From Bradyrhizobium sp. (GTDB taxonomy: Bacteria > Pseudomonadota > Alphaproteobacteria > Rhizobiales > Xanthobacteraceae), in NCBI GenBank assembly GCA_036565985.1, contig DATCXE010000402.1:1-38552 (forward strand): a stretch of DNA of 38,552 nt, read 5' to 3'. Below the pieces are notes generated by a model, which searched no databases, was not told where the DNA came from, and saw only the letters and a program-made list of their open reading frames with translations. This document shows positions 1 to 9,573 of this stretch, piece by piece (positions within the stretch are counted from its first letter, which is position 1; each line of letters opens with the position of its first letter). Position numbers and translations under genes: made by a program.

Positions 1-815
1 AACGGCACGCCGTTGTCGCGCGCGGCGAGCGCCTTGAGATAGGTCCCGATCTTGTTGCAGACATCGCCGTTGGCGGTCACCCGATCGGTGCCGACGATCG
101 CGAGATCGACCATCCGGTGCTGCATCAGGTGGCCGCCGGTGTTATCGGCAATGACGGTATGGGGCACGCCATGGTGACCGAGTTCCCACGCCGTCAGCGA
201 AGCGCCCTGATTGCGCGGCCTGGTCTCGTCGACCCACACGTGGACCTTCAGGCCGCGATCATGCGCCTGATAGACCGGCGCCGTCGCCGTTCCCCAATCG
301 ACCGTCGCCAGCCAGCCGGCGTTGCAATGCGTCAGGATGTTCACGGGCTCGCCCGGCGCCTTCGTGGCGGCGATCTGTTCGATCAGGCCGAGGCCATGCC
401 GGCCGATCTCGCGGTTGATCGCGACATCCTCCTCGGCGATCTCTGCGGCGCGGGCGTAGGCGATTTGCGCGCGTTCGGAAGGCGCCGCCGGCCTGAGCAC
501 GCGCTTCATTTCGTCGAGCGCCCATTTCAGATTGATCGCCGTCGGCCGCGTCGCGATCAGCAATTCGTAGGCGCGATCGATGCCGGCGTCGGAACGGTCG
601 TCCCGCACCGCCAGCGCCATGCCGTAGGCGGCGGTGGCGCCGATCAGGGGCGCCCCGCGCACCAGCATGCTGCGAATGGCGTCCGCGGCCGCATCAGTGG
701 TCTCCAGGCGCGCGATCACGAATTCATGCGGCAACCGCCGCTGATCGATCGCACCGACCGACCAGCCGTCCGGTTCAAGCCAGATACTGCGGAAATGCCT
801 GCCATCGACCTTCAT
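1..815 (-). CDS. mtnA: S-methyl-5-thioribose-1-phosphate isomerase (3' end runs off the window)
   Basis: Not in the ORF track; translated by hand from the ATG at 815: [31 protein letters not shown]...[10 protein letters not shown]...TRPTAINL...[18 protein letters not shown]...[18 protein letters not shown]...[23 protein letters not shown] overlap with the mtnP stop. Confidence 0.95.
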   Translation of the reverse strand, partial: MKVDGRHFRSIWLEPDGWSVGAIDQRRLPHEFVIARLETTDAAADAIRSMLVRGAPLIGATAAYGMALAVRDDRSDAGIDRAYELLIATRPTAINLKWALDEMKRVLRPAAPSERAQIAYARAAEIAEEDVAINREIGRHGLGLIEQIAATKAPGEPVNILTHCNAGWLATVDWGTATAPVYQAHDRGLKVHVWVDETRPRNQGASLTAWELGHHGVPHTVIADNTGGHLMQHRMVDLAIVGTDRVTANGDVCNKIGTYLKALAARDNGVP

Positions 816-1687
816 GGCTTCAGCACCCGTCCGGCGACGGCGTCGAGTTTGGCGAGCAATCCGGGATCGCGCGCCTCCGGCGCCGTGATCAAGGCGGTGT
901 CGAGCGCCCGGTCCGATTCAACCGGACACGGCTCATGCTGGCGCGGAAAATCTCGGGCAAGACGCGCGACCAGCGCTTTCGCCCTGCTTGCATTCGAGTT
1001 CAGCACGCGAATGATATCCTGCACGGTGACCGCGTCATGATCAGGATGCCAGCAATCGAAATCGGTGACCATCGCCACGCTGGCGTAGCAGATCTCGGCC
1101 TCGCGGGCGAGCTTGGCCTCCGGCATGTTGGTCATGCCGATCACGGCATAGCCCTGCGCCTTGTAGCTCAGGCTCTCGGCGAGGCTGGAGAATTGCGGAC
1201 CTTCCATGCAGACATAGGTTCCGCCCTGCACCGCTGCGATGCCCTCGGCCTTGGCGGCTGCCGCCAGATGGACGAGCAATCGCGGCGATACCGGATGGGC
1301 CATCGAGACGTGGGCCACGCAGCCCTTGCCGAAGAACGAACTTTCGCGCCTGTAGGTACGGTCGACGAACTGATCGACCAGCACGAAAGTGCCGGGCGTC
1401 AACTCCTCCTTGAACGAACCGCAGGCCGAGAGCGATACCAGATCGGTAACGCCCGCCCGCTTCAGCACGTCGATATTGGCGCGGTAGTTGATGTCGGAGG
1501 GCGACAGCACATGCCCTTTGCCGTGCCGCGGCAGGAACACGATCGGCAGCCCGGCAATGACGCCGCGCGTCAGCGGCGCGGACGGCTCGCCCCAGGGGCT
1601 TTTGATAGTCTCGTCGCGGACGTTTTCCAGCCCCGGCAGGTCGTAGATGCCGGACCCGCCGATGATGCCAAGCACCGCACTCGTCAT
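812..1687 (-). CDS. mtnP: S-methyl-5'-thioadenosine phosphorylase
   Basis: [30 protein letters not shown] and TDFDCW motifs. ATG at 1687 has a GGAG SD; the ORF track extends to 1711. Confidence 0.95.
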   Translation of the reverse strand: MTSAVLGIIGGSGIYDLPGLENVRDETIKSPWGEPSAPLTRGVIAGLPIVFLPRHGKGHVLSPSDINYRANIDVLKRAGVTDLVSLSACGSFKEELTPGTFVLVDQFVDRTYRRESSFFGKGCVAHVSMAHPVSPRLLVHLAAAAKAEGIAAVQGGTYVCMEGPQFSSLAESLSYKAQGYAVIGMTNMPEAKLAREAEICYASVAMVTDFDCWHPDHDAVTVQDIIRVLNSNASRAKALVARLARDFPRQHEPCPVESDRALDTALITAPEARDPGLLAKLDAVAGRVLKP

Positions 1688-1778
1688 GACTTCTCCTACC
1701 CAACTTTTCACAGAGATGTTCGACTATACTGCGGCGCAATAATCAAGCATTGTCCGCAGGTTGCAAGAGGGCGTTGAA

Positions 1779-2429
1779 ATGCTGACGAAGGAAGATAAGG
1801 AAAAGCGTCAATCCATCATCGATGCCTGCCTGCGCATGAATGCGCTGGGCATCAACCAGGGGACATCAGGGAATATCAGCCTGCGCCATGGCGAGGGCAT
1901 GCTGGTCACGCCGACGAGCACGCCGTATGAGGCGATGCAGCCCGAACATATCGTCTACATGCATCTCGACGGCTCGCATGATCCGGCCCAGCGCCCGTCG
2001 AGCGAGTGGCGGTTTCACCGCGACATCCTCGCGGCTCGCCCCGATGTGAATGCCATCGTCCACGCCCACCCGCCCTACTCGACCATGCTGGCGATCATGG
2101 GCATGGAGATTCCGTCCGTGCATTACATGGTCGCCTGCGCCGGTGGCGACACCATCCGCTGCGCGCCATACGCGACCTTCGGCACCCAGGAGCTGTCCGA
2201 ACATGCCGTTCGCGCGCTGGAAGGCAGGCTGGCCTGCCTGCTGGAGCATCACGGCATGATCTCGATCGGGCCTTCGCTGCCAAAGGCGATGTGGCTCGCG
2301 GTCGAGGTGGAAACGCTGGCGCGGCAATATCACGGCTGCCTGCAGATTGGCACGCCGCCATTGCTATCGAAAGAGGAGATCGAGAAGGTCCGCGTCCGCA
2401 TGGCCGGATACGGCCACGCGGACGAATGA
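1779..2429 (+). CDS. class II aldolase/adducin family protein (FucA-like; candidate methylthioribulose-1-P/5-deoxyribulose-1-P aldolase)
   Basis: GTSGNIS, VTPT, PSSEWRFH, VHAH and HHG motifs; GAGG SD before ATG 1779; divergent from mtnP. Confidence 0.9.
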   Translation: MLTKEDKEKRQSIIDACLRMNALGINQGTSGNISLRHGEGMLVTPTSTPYEAMQPEHIVYMHLDGSHDPAQRPSSEWRFHRDILAARPDVNAIVHAHPPYSTMLAIMGMEIPSVHYMVACAGGDTIRCAPYATFGTQELSEHAVRALEGRLACLLEHHGMISIGPSLPKAMWLAVEVETLARQYHGCLQIGTPPLLSKEEIEKVRVRMAGYGHADE

Positions 2430-2459
2430 GAGATACCGGTTCGCGTGAGGAAACGCGTG

Positions 2460-3446
2460 TTACTTCGCCACGAAGCCCGCTTCGCTCATCAGCGACGCGT
2501 TGAGCTTGTCATCCTCTTCGAGGAATTTCAGCATGTCCTTGCCGGTCAGGAAGATCGGCTTCAGCGCCTGCTTTTCCATGTATTCCTTGTATTCCGGCGT
2601 CTGCGTCACCTTCTGGAACAGGTCGACATAGAACGCCTGCTGCTCGGGCGTCACCTTGCCGGGCAGGAACATCGCGCGCAGCATCAGGTACTGGACGTCG
2701 AGCCCCTCCTCCTTGCAGGTCGGGACGTCGTTCCACGATTGCGTTTCGGTGACCTTGGTCTTGTAGGAGATGCGCTCCTTGTCGAACACGCAGAGCGCAC
2801 GGACCTGACCGGCGCGCCAGACTTCGAGGTTTTCGGAAGGGTTGTTGACGTTGGCCTCGGTGTGCTTGCCGACCAGTTGCGTCGCCGCCTCGCCGCCGGA
2901 CTTGTACGGCAGGTAGGAGAACTTCGCGCCGGTCTTCTGCTCCATGAACACCGTCAGCACGTGATCCTCGCGCTTGGAGCCGGTACCGCCCATCTTGAAC
3001 GGCGAGCCTGCCGCCTTGGCGGCCGCGACGAACTCCTTCACCGTCTTCGGTCCCTCGGCATTGTCCCACAGCACGAACTGATCGAGGGCCACGACCGACA
3101 CCGGCGTGAGGTCGCGCCAGTTGAAGGGAATCTTGGCCGACAGCGGCAGCATGTAGATCAGCGAATAAGCGATCAAAACCTTGTTGGGGTCGCCGTCGCT
3201 GGACTTCATGTACATCAGCGCTTCGGCGCCGGACGCGCCGCCCTTCAGCGACACCACGATCGGCTGCTTCATCAGATTGTTCTTCTGGATCGCGGCCTGC
3301 ATCATCCGCGCCATCTGGTCGGAGGCGCCGCCGGCGCCGGCCGCCACGACGATTTCAACCGGCTTGGTCGGCTCCCACGCGGCGAATGCCGGCGCGGTTG
3401 CGATCATGGCCGTCAAGGCGGCCGCGGCCTTCAGCATCTGTCCCAC
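2460..3446 (-). CDS. tripartite tricarboxylate transporter substrate-binding protein (Bug/TctC family)
   Basis: Signal peptide ending AFA, then WEPTKPVEIVVAAGAGGASD, GASG, YLPYKSGGEA. Start is GTG 3446 or ATG 3437. Confidence 0.88.
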   Translation of the reverse strand: MGQMLKAAAALTAMIATAPAFAAWEPTKPVEIVVAAGAGGASDQMARMMQAAIQKNNLMKQPIVVSLKGGASGAEALMYMKSSDGDPNKVLIAYSLIYMLPLSAKIPFNWRDLTPVSVVALDQFVLWDNAEGPKTVKEFVAAAKAAGSPFKMGGTGSKREDHVLTVFMEQKTGAKFSYLPYKSGGEAATQLVGKHTEANVNNPSENLEVWRAGQVRALCVFDKERISYKTKVTETQSWNDVPTCKEEGLDVQYLMLRAMFLPGKVTPEQQAFYVDLFQKVTQTPEYKEYMEKQALKPIFLTGKDMLKFLEEDDKLNASLMSEAGFVAK

Positions 3447-3616
3447 GTGTTTCTTCCCTATGTAATTGGTGTATTTAGACAATTTGGAGCTGCTCTTGGC
3501 TCCATTGTGCGGGGGATTGCGGGCGGGTTCAAGCTGCACCGCAACCTTGCTGCGTATGACTTTCGCATGAGAATGCGACGTTCGCAAAAAGGCGCGGCCC
3601 GGTCAGGAGCCGGCAC

Positions 3617-3754
3617 ATGGGCCCCGGCCCGGCAGCGCATCACTTCGTGCTGCGCGGCATCCGGGACACGGGACCGGGCGGGGCTTTCTTTGGCGTGGTG
3701 CATGTCCCGGACGCGGTGCAGCGCGCAGCGATGCTCCGCAGAGCCGGGACCCAT
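3617..3754. repeat. pair of 52-bp REP/RIME-like palindromic units in inverted orientation
   Basis: 3617-3668 matches the reverse complement of 3703-3754 at 41/52 positions by hand alignment. Each unit is an imperfect hairpin bounded by CCCGG...CCGGG. Confidence 0.8.
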
Positions 3755-3809
3755 TCGATACAGGACACATAGCGACGCTTTCACGGAGCCGCCCATGCGA
3801 CAGCAAAAG

Positions 3810-4607
3810 CTATTTGCCCTTGAAGTTCGGCGTGCGCTTGTTGAGGAACGCGTCCATCCCTTCGCGGAAATCCTCGCTCATATAGGCGCGCAGGATCAGG
3901 TCTTCGCCCTCGTCGCGCGACAACGTCCGCCGGATGCGTCGCACGGCCTCCTTGGTGACCTCGAGCGTGATCGGCGCATGGCTCGCAACGAGTTTCGCGG
4001 TTTCGTCGGCACGGCGCTGCAGCGTCGCCACGTCAGGCACCACCTCGTTGAGCAGCCCGAGCGCCAGCGCTTCGGGGGCCTCCACCAGCCGCGCCTTGAA
4101 GATCAGGTCCTTGGTGCGCGCCGGGCCGACCAGCGAAACCAGCCTGGAGATATTGGACATCGACAGGCAATTGCCGAGCGTGCGCGCGATCGGAAAGCCT
4201 ATGCGCGTGGATTCAGTGCCGATGCGAATGTCACAGCACGCGGCGATGCCCGCGCCGCCGCCGGTGCAGGCCCCGGCGATCGCCGCGATGACCGGCACCC
4301 GGCACGCCTCCAGCGCGCCGAGCACGCGGTCGATGCGGGCTTCGTAATCGAGCGCATCCTGTGCGGTCTTGAAGGCCCGGAACTGCGAGATATCCGTGCC
4401 CGATGCAAACGCCTTGTCGCCCGCCCCGGTCAGGATCAGCGCCTTGATCGAGCGATCGTTGTTGATGGTCTCGCAGACCGCCGCCATCTGCTCGTACATC
4501 GCAAAGGTCAGCGCGTTGCGGGCCTGCGGACGGTTGAACGTCAGGCGGGCGATGCCGTCCTCGACGGAGTAGATCAGGTCTTCAGACGCAGCCACCGGAG
4601 CGTTCAT
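3810..4607 (-). CDS. enoyl-CoA hydratase/isomerase (crotonase) family protein
   Basis: LTFNRPQARNAL, AFASGTDI, GACTGGG, EGMDAFLNKRTPNFKG. Confidence 0.9.
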   Translation of the reverse strand: MNAPVAASEDLIYSVEDGIARLTFNRPQARNALTFAMYEQMAAVCETINNDRSIKALILTGAGDKAFASGTDISQFRAFKTAQDALDYEARIDRVLGALEACRVPVIAAIAGACTGGGAGIAACCDIRIGTESTRIGFPIARTLGNCLSMSNISRLVSLVGPARTKDLIFKARLVEAPEALALGLLNEVVPDVATLQRRADETAKLVASHAPITLEVTKEAVRRIRRTLSRDEGEDLILRAYMSEDFREGMDAFLNKRTPNFKGK

Positions 4608-4649
4608 CGCAGCTCTTTCTGTTGTCGTGTATCGGGTCGCGAAACCGCC

Positions 4650-5849
4650 TCAGGCCACCGCGGCCTTCGGCATCGCGACGATATCGCGCCCCTTGAGCAC
4701 GTCCATCGCCGCCAGCACGCCGCCGCTGCGATGCGGCACCTTGGCGAGATCGAGACCCATCTCGACGCCCGACAGCGTGCCCATCAGCATCAGGTCGTTG
4801 AAGTGGCCGATATGGCCGATCCGGAACACCTTGCCCTTGATCTTGTTCAGGCCGGTGCCGAGCGACATGTCGAAGTTTTCCAGCACCACCTTGCGGAAGT
4901 TATCCGCGTCGTGGCCTTCCGGCATGACGACGCCGGTCAGCGCGGGCGAGTGCGCGCCCTGCTCCTGACACTGCGTTTCCAATTCCCACACCTTGGCGGC
5001 CGCGCGCGTGGCGGCGCTATGGCGCTTGTGCCGGGCGAAGACGTTGTCCAGCCCTTCCTCCTCGAGCATCTTCACCGCCTCGCGCAACCCGAACAGCAGA
5101 TTGGTTGCGGGCGTATAGGGCCAGGTGCCCGCCTTGTTGATGGCAATGACTTCCTGCCAGTCCCAATAGGAGCGCATGGCCGGGTTGGCCTTCGCGACCG
5201 CGAGCGCCTTTTCCGAGATGGCGTTGAAGCCGAGACCCGGCGGCAGCATCAGGCCCTTCTGCGATCCTGCCACCGAGACGTCGATGCCCCAGGCGTCGTG
5301 CTCGTATTCCAGCGATCCGAGGCCGGAGATGGTGTCGACCATCAGCAGCGCCGGATGGTTGACGCGGTCGAGAATCTTGCGGACGTCCTGCGGATGGGTG
5401 ACGCAGCCGGTCGAGGTCTCGTTATGGACCACGCAAACGGCCTTGATCTTGTGGGTCTTGTCTGCCGACAGCCGCGCCTCGATCTGCTCGAGGTCGGCGC
5501 CGTGGCGCCAGTCGCCGGGAATGAAATCCACTTCGAGCTTGAACTTCTCGGCGATACCGCGCCACAGAATGGCGAACTGTCCGGTTTCCGCCATCAGAAC
5601 CTTGTCGCCGGGCTGCAGCGTATTGACGAGGGCCGCCTCCCAGGCGCCGGTGCCGGACGACGGGTAGATGATGACCGGCTGCTTGGTGCGAAACACCCGC
5701 TGCATGGCCGCCAGCACCGCGTGGCCGATCTCGGCGAACTCCGGACCCCGGTGGTCCATGGTCGGCATGTCCATCGCGCGCAGCACCCGGTCCGGCACGT
5801 TGGTCGGTCCCGGAATCTGCAGAAAATGCCTTCCAGTATGCACAGTCAT
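4650..5849 (-). CDS. class V PLP-dependent aminotransferase (serine/aspartate:glyoxylate aminotransferase-like)
   Basis: GRHFLQIPGPTNVP, SSGTGAWEA, HNETSTG, GSQKG (PLP lysine), PYTP, FRIGHIG. GAAGGA SD before ATG 5849. Confidence 0.9.
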   Translation of the reverse strand: MTVHTGRHFLQIPGPTNVPDRVLRAMDMPTMDHRGPEFAEIGHAVLAAMQRVFRTKQPVIIYPSSGTGAWEAALVNTLQPGDKVLMAETGQFAILWRGIAEKFKLEVDFIPGDWRHGADLEQIEARLSADKTHKIKAVCVVHNETSTGCVTHPQDVRKILDRVNHPALLMVDTISGLGSLEYEHDAWGIDVSVAGSQKGLMLPPGLGFNAISEKALAVAKANPAMRSYWDWQEVIAINKAGTWPYTPATNLLFGLREAVKMLEEEGLDNVFARHKRHSAATRAAAKVWELETQCQEQGAHSPALTGVVMPEGHDADNFRKVVLENFDMSLGTGLNKIKGKVFRIGHIGHFNDLMLMGTLSGVEMGLDLAKVPHRSGGVLAAMDVLKGRDIVAMPKAAVA

Positions 5850-6096
5850 GGGCGTCCTTCCCGGTATAGCCTTGGTTTCGCGACGGTCGAATATCACTAT
5901 TTGGCGGGCTTGTCCCCCGCCCGGCAGGGGTCGTCAATGCATAAGAAGCAGGGCTTCGCCTTGCCAAGCCGGACCCCGGCAGGCAAGAGACTGATCAGCA
6001 TTCGACAAGATCGAGGCGATAGCGGCGACAGGGCCCGAAAAACCGCAAAATTCGCCCGAAACTCGCACCCGTACCTTGCCACAAAGGAAACCAACC

Positions 6097-6525
6097 ATGG
6101 CTGAACTGACCCTCGACGTCGCCCGCAAGATCCTCGACGCGGCGCTTGCCAAGGGCGTCGAGAAGAAACTGAAGCCGCTGGTCATCACCATTCTGGATGC
6201 CCGCGGCTGCGTGAAAGTCACGGCGGCGCAGGACGGCACCAGCCTGATGCGAGCCGAAATCGCCCACGGCAAGGCCTATGGCGCGCTTGCGCTTGGCATG
6301 GGATCGCGGGCGCTGTTCCAGCGCGCTCAGGAGCAGGCCTATTTCGTCAGCGCGGTAAATACGATGGCGCAGGGCCGCCTGGTGCCGGTGCCCGGCGGCG
6401 TGCTGATCCAGGGTGACGGCGGCCTGCTCGGCGCCGTCGGCGTCAGCGGCGACACGTCAGACAATGATGAGATCTGCGCCGTCGCCGGCATCGAGGCCGC
6501 CGGACTGAAAGCGGTCGTGGGGTGA
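6097..6525 (+). CDS. GlcG/HbpS family heme-binding protein
   Basis: ILDARG, AHGKAYGA, PGGVLI, GAVGVSGDTSDNDE; AAGGA SD. Confidence 0.88.
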   Translation: MAELTLDVARKILDAALAKGVEKKLKPLVITILDARGCVKVTAAQDGTSLMRAEIAHGKAYGALALGMGSRALFQRAQEQAYFVSAVNTMAQGRLVPVPGGVLIQGDGGLLGAVGVSGDTSDNDEICAVAGIEAAGLKAVVG

Positions 6526-7308
6526 TCACCGCCCCGTCCACGAGGGCTTGCGCTTCTCGCCGAAGGCCTTGAGGCCTTCCTTGGCGTCCTCGGTCATCGC
6601 CAATAGCGCGATCTGGCTTTCAGTGTAGGCGATGCTCTCGTCGAACGACATCGAGGCAATCGCGCGCATGGCATATTTGCCGCGCCGGATCGCGGTCGGC
6701 GACTTGTCGACGATGCGGCTGACCAGCCAGTCGACCTTGGCGTCGAGCTCGGCTGCCGGCACCACGTAATTGAGCAGCCCGGCCGCCTGCGCGGTGCGGG
6801 CGTCGAACGGCTCGCCGGTCAGCGACCATTCGCTGACGAGGCGCCTTGGGGCGATCGACTGCAGCAGGCTCAGCACCTGCATCGGGAATACGCCGACCTT
6901 CACCTCGGGCAGTCCAAAGATCACGTGATCGGCCGCGACCGCCATGTCCGTCATGCACAGCAGGCCCATGCCGCCCGCCATGCAGACGCCCCCTACCCGC
7001 GCGATCGCCGGCTTGGTGGCGTTCTGCGACAGCCGCAACAGGTCGGCGTAGTCGACGTTAGGTTTGGAAAAATCCATCGCGAACGCAGCACCGCTGTTCT
7101 GCAGGTCGGCGCCGGCGCAAAACGCCTTGTCGCCCACACCCGTCAGCACGATGACGCGGACGTCCTTGTCGTCATGCGCTTCGCGGTAACCCTCGGTGAT
7201 CCCGGCGACCACATCGGCGTTGATGGCGTTGCGCTTGTCCGGACGGTTGATGGTGATCCAGAACGCCTGTCCGCGCTTTTCGCGTATCACGCTATTCGTG
7301 TCGGTCAT
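6526..7308 (-). CDS. enoyl-CoA hydratase/isomerase family protein
   Basis: ITINRPDKRNAI, AFCAGADL, GLPEVKVG, EGLKAFGEKRKPSWTGR. Stop abuts the GlcG stop (TGATCA). Confidence 0.9.
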   Translation of the reverse strand: MTDTNSVIREKRGQAFWITINRPDKRNAINADVVAGITEGYREAHDDKDVRVIVLTGVGDKAFCAGADLQNSGAAFAMDFSKPNVDYADLLRLSQNATKPAIARVGGVCMAGGMGLLCMTDMAVAADHVIFGLPEVKVGVFPMQVLSLLQSIAPRRLVSEWSLTGEPFDARTAQAAGLLNYVVPAAELDAKVDWLVSRIVDKSPTAIRRGKYAMRAIASMSFDESIAYTESQIALLAMTEDAKEGLKAFGEKRKPSWTGR

Positions 7309-7379
7309 TGTTCCACCCACCCGTTTGCCAAATGCTGGCCAGCATTTGCGGCAGGATGACCGTGGACTGCAAGTGCGGT

Positions 7380-9488
7380 CTAGCTCTTGCGCGCAGTAGC
7401 TGACGCCGCCTTTTTGACCCAGACCTTGTTGTCATGGAACGCCGCGCCGCCCACAGGAGCGACCGTTTCGGCCCCGGTCAGCATGTTGATGCCGCGGCCG
7501 CCGATATGGGCCTTGTTCGGATGGACGGACTCGGCGATCAGGACGCCGCGGCGGACACCGTCGAACAATTTCGCGGTCAGCGTGGTTTCGCCACGCGTAT
7601 TACCAAGCGTCACCGCGTCGCCATCGGCGATGGCAAGGCTTGCAGCGTCCTCGGGGTGTATCATCACCGTTGGAGCGCCCTCGCGGGCCTGCGAACCCGG
7701 CGTCTCGTTGAAGCTGGTGTTGAGATAGCTGCGCGAAGGCGACGTGGCGAGGCGGAACGGGTGCTTCTCGTCCGCCTCCTCGATGATGGTCCAATGATCC
7801 GGCAGCGACGGCATCTCGGTCCACGGACCCAACCCCGGATTGCCGAAGGGCGGATTGGCCCAGTCCGCCTTGAAGTGGAATTTCTTGTCGGCGTGCGCGA
7901 AGCCGTCGAGATAATGCGAAGTGCGGAAATCCGGCTGGATGTCGCGCCACAGGTCCGCTTCCAGCGTTTCGATATCGCCGTGACCGCTTTTCTTCAGCGT
8001 CGCGTCGATCAGCTCGCGCGGCGTCATCTCGAATCCCGGATGCACGGCATTGAGGCGGCGGCCGAGGCCCTGCAGCACCTCGTGGTTGGAACGGCACTCG
8101 CCGGGCGGATCAATCAGCTTGGCTCCGACCGAAATATGCTGGTGGCCGCCGCCGTAATAGAGATCGTCATGTTCCATGAACATGGTCGCCGGAAGCACGA
8201 TGTCGGCCATGGCAGCCGTCTCGGTCATGAACTGCTCGTGCACCGCGACAAACAGATCCTCGCGCGCAAACCCCTTGCGCACAAGCTCCTGCTCGGGCGC
8301 GACCGTCACCGGATTGGTGTTCTGGATCAGCATCGCCTTGACGGGACCGCCGCCCTTGAGGGCTTCGGCGTCGCCGGTCAGGATGCGCCCGATCCTGGAT
8401 TGGTCGAGCCAGCGCGTGTTGTGGTCGATCGCGTCGTGGCCCTCGATGATGCTCTCGTTGAACTTCCAGATCGCGGCGTTGTTGAAGAACGCGCCGCCGC
8501 CCTCGTATTGCCAGGCACCCGTCACCGCCGGGATGCACAGTGCGGCATGCATCTGCGCCGCACCGTTGCGGCTGCGGGTAAAACCGTAGCCTAAGCGGAA
8601 GAACGAACGCTTGGTCTGGCCGACCAGACGCGCGAAGGCCTCGATCTCCTCGACCGGCACGCCTGATATCTTCGATGCCCATTCCGGCGTACGGCTCGCC
8701 AGATGCGTCTCGAGTTCGTCAGGGCAATCGGTGTAGCGGTCCATATAGGCGCGGTCCGCGTAACCCTCGCGAAACAGCACGTGCATGACGCCGCAGGCAA
8801 ACGCACCGTCGGTGCCGGGCCTTAGCAGGATCTTGATATCCGCCTGCTTCATGGTGTCGTTGTTGTAGACGTCGACCGCCGCGATCTTGGCGCCGCGCTC
8901 CTTGCGGGCGCGCGAGGCATGCGTCATCACGTTGACCTGGGTATTCACCGGATTGGTGCCCCAGATCACCACCAGATCGGAGACACCCATCTCACGCGGA
9001 TCGACGCCGGCGATCTTGCCGGTGCCGATGGAAAATCCGACCCGCGCGATGTTGGCGCAGATCGTCGAATAGAACCGCGAATATTTCTTCACATGCGACA
9101 GGCGATTGATGCCGTCGCGCATCACGATCCCCATGGTGCCGGCATAATAGTAGGGCCAGACCGATTCACCGCCGAATTCGCGCTCGGCCTGATCGAAGCG
9201 TGCGGCGATTTCGTCCAGCGCCTCGTCCCAGGAAATTCGCGCAAACTGCCCGGAGCCCTTTGGTCCGGTGCGGCGCATCGGGTACAGCAGCCGGTCGGGA
9301 TGATGAATGCGCTCGGCGTAACGCGCGACCTTGGCGCAGACGACACCGGCCGTGTAGGTCTGCAGCTTGGAGCCGCGCACCCGGCCGATCGAGCGGCCCT
9401 CGATCACCTCGATGTCGAGCGCGCAGGCCGACGGGCAATCGTGCGGACAGGTGGAGTGGCGGATATCGACCTTGGCGTGCTGGTTCAT
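7380..9488 (-). CDS. molybdopterin oxidoreductase, DMSO-reductase superfamily (uncharacterised CxxDCPxxC subgroup)
   Basis: N-terminal CPHDCPSAC...VCAK Fe-S motif, ISWDEALD, WGTNP, ADIVLPAT, C-terminal IHPEDA molybdopterin-binding domain; no signal peptide. Confidence 0.88.
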   Translation of the reverse strand: MNQHAKVDIRHSTCPHDCPSACALDIEVIEGRSIGRVRGSKLQTYTAGVVCAKVARYAERIHHPDRLLYPMRRTGPKGSGQFARISWDEALDEIAARFDQAEREFGGESVWPYYYAGTMGIVMRDGINRLSHVKKYSRFYSTICANIARVGFSIGTGKIAGVDPREMGVSDLVVIWGTNPVNTQVNVMTHASRARKERGAKIAAVDVYNNDTMKQADIKILLRPGTDGAFACGVMHVLFREGYADRAYMDRYTDCPDELETHLASRTPEWASKISGVPVEEIEAFARLVGQTKRSFFRLGYGFTRSRNGAAQMHAALCIPAVTGAWQYEGGGAFFNNAAIWKFNESIIEGHDAIDHNTRWLDQSRIGRILTGDAEALKGGGPVKAMLIQNTNPVTVAPEQELVRKGFAREDLFVAVHEQFMTETAAMADIVLPATMFMEHDDLYYGGGHQHISVGAKLIDPPGECRSNHEVLQGLGRRLNAVHPGFEMTPRELIDATLKKSGHGDIETLEADLWRDIQPDFRTSHYLDGFAHADKKFHFKADWANPPFGNPGLGPWTEMPSLPDHWTIIEEADEKHPFRLATSPSRSYLNTSFNETPGSQAREGAPTVMIHPEDAASLAIADGDAVTLGNTRGETTLTAKLFDGVRRGVLIAESVHPNKAHIGGRGINMLTGAETVAPVGGAAFHDNKVWVKKAASATARKS

Positions 9489-9573
9489 GCTTCCCTAGGT
9501 AACATCAAATGCCGCGGTCGCCGAGAGGCTTTGTCGGGAAGTACACCCGCAAAAGCGGCACCTTGGCCATGCA

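Noticed and set aside
117-1777. Plus-strand ORFs of 307 and 280 aa
   Set aside because: Antisense to mtnA and mtnP, which carry clear family motifs.
5850-6096. Riboswitch (e.g. glycine) upstream of the aminotransferase
   Set aside because: Only short GC hairpins are visible and I could not match aptamer consensus elements. An Rfam/Infernal scan would settle it.
2445-6104. 1219-aa plus-strand ORF
   Set aside because: Antisense shadow of three minus-strand genes that share one frame register (stops at 2460, 3810, 4650). It has no recognisable domain and an R/H/L-rich composition typical of high-GC antisense frames.
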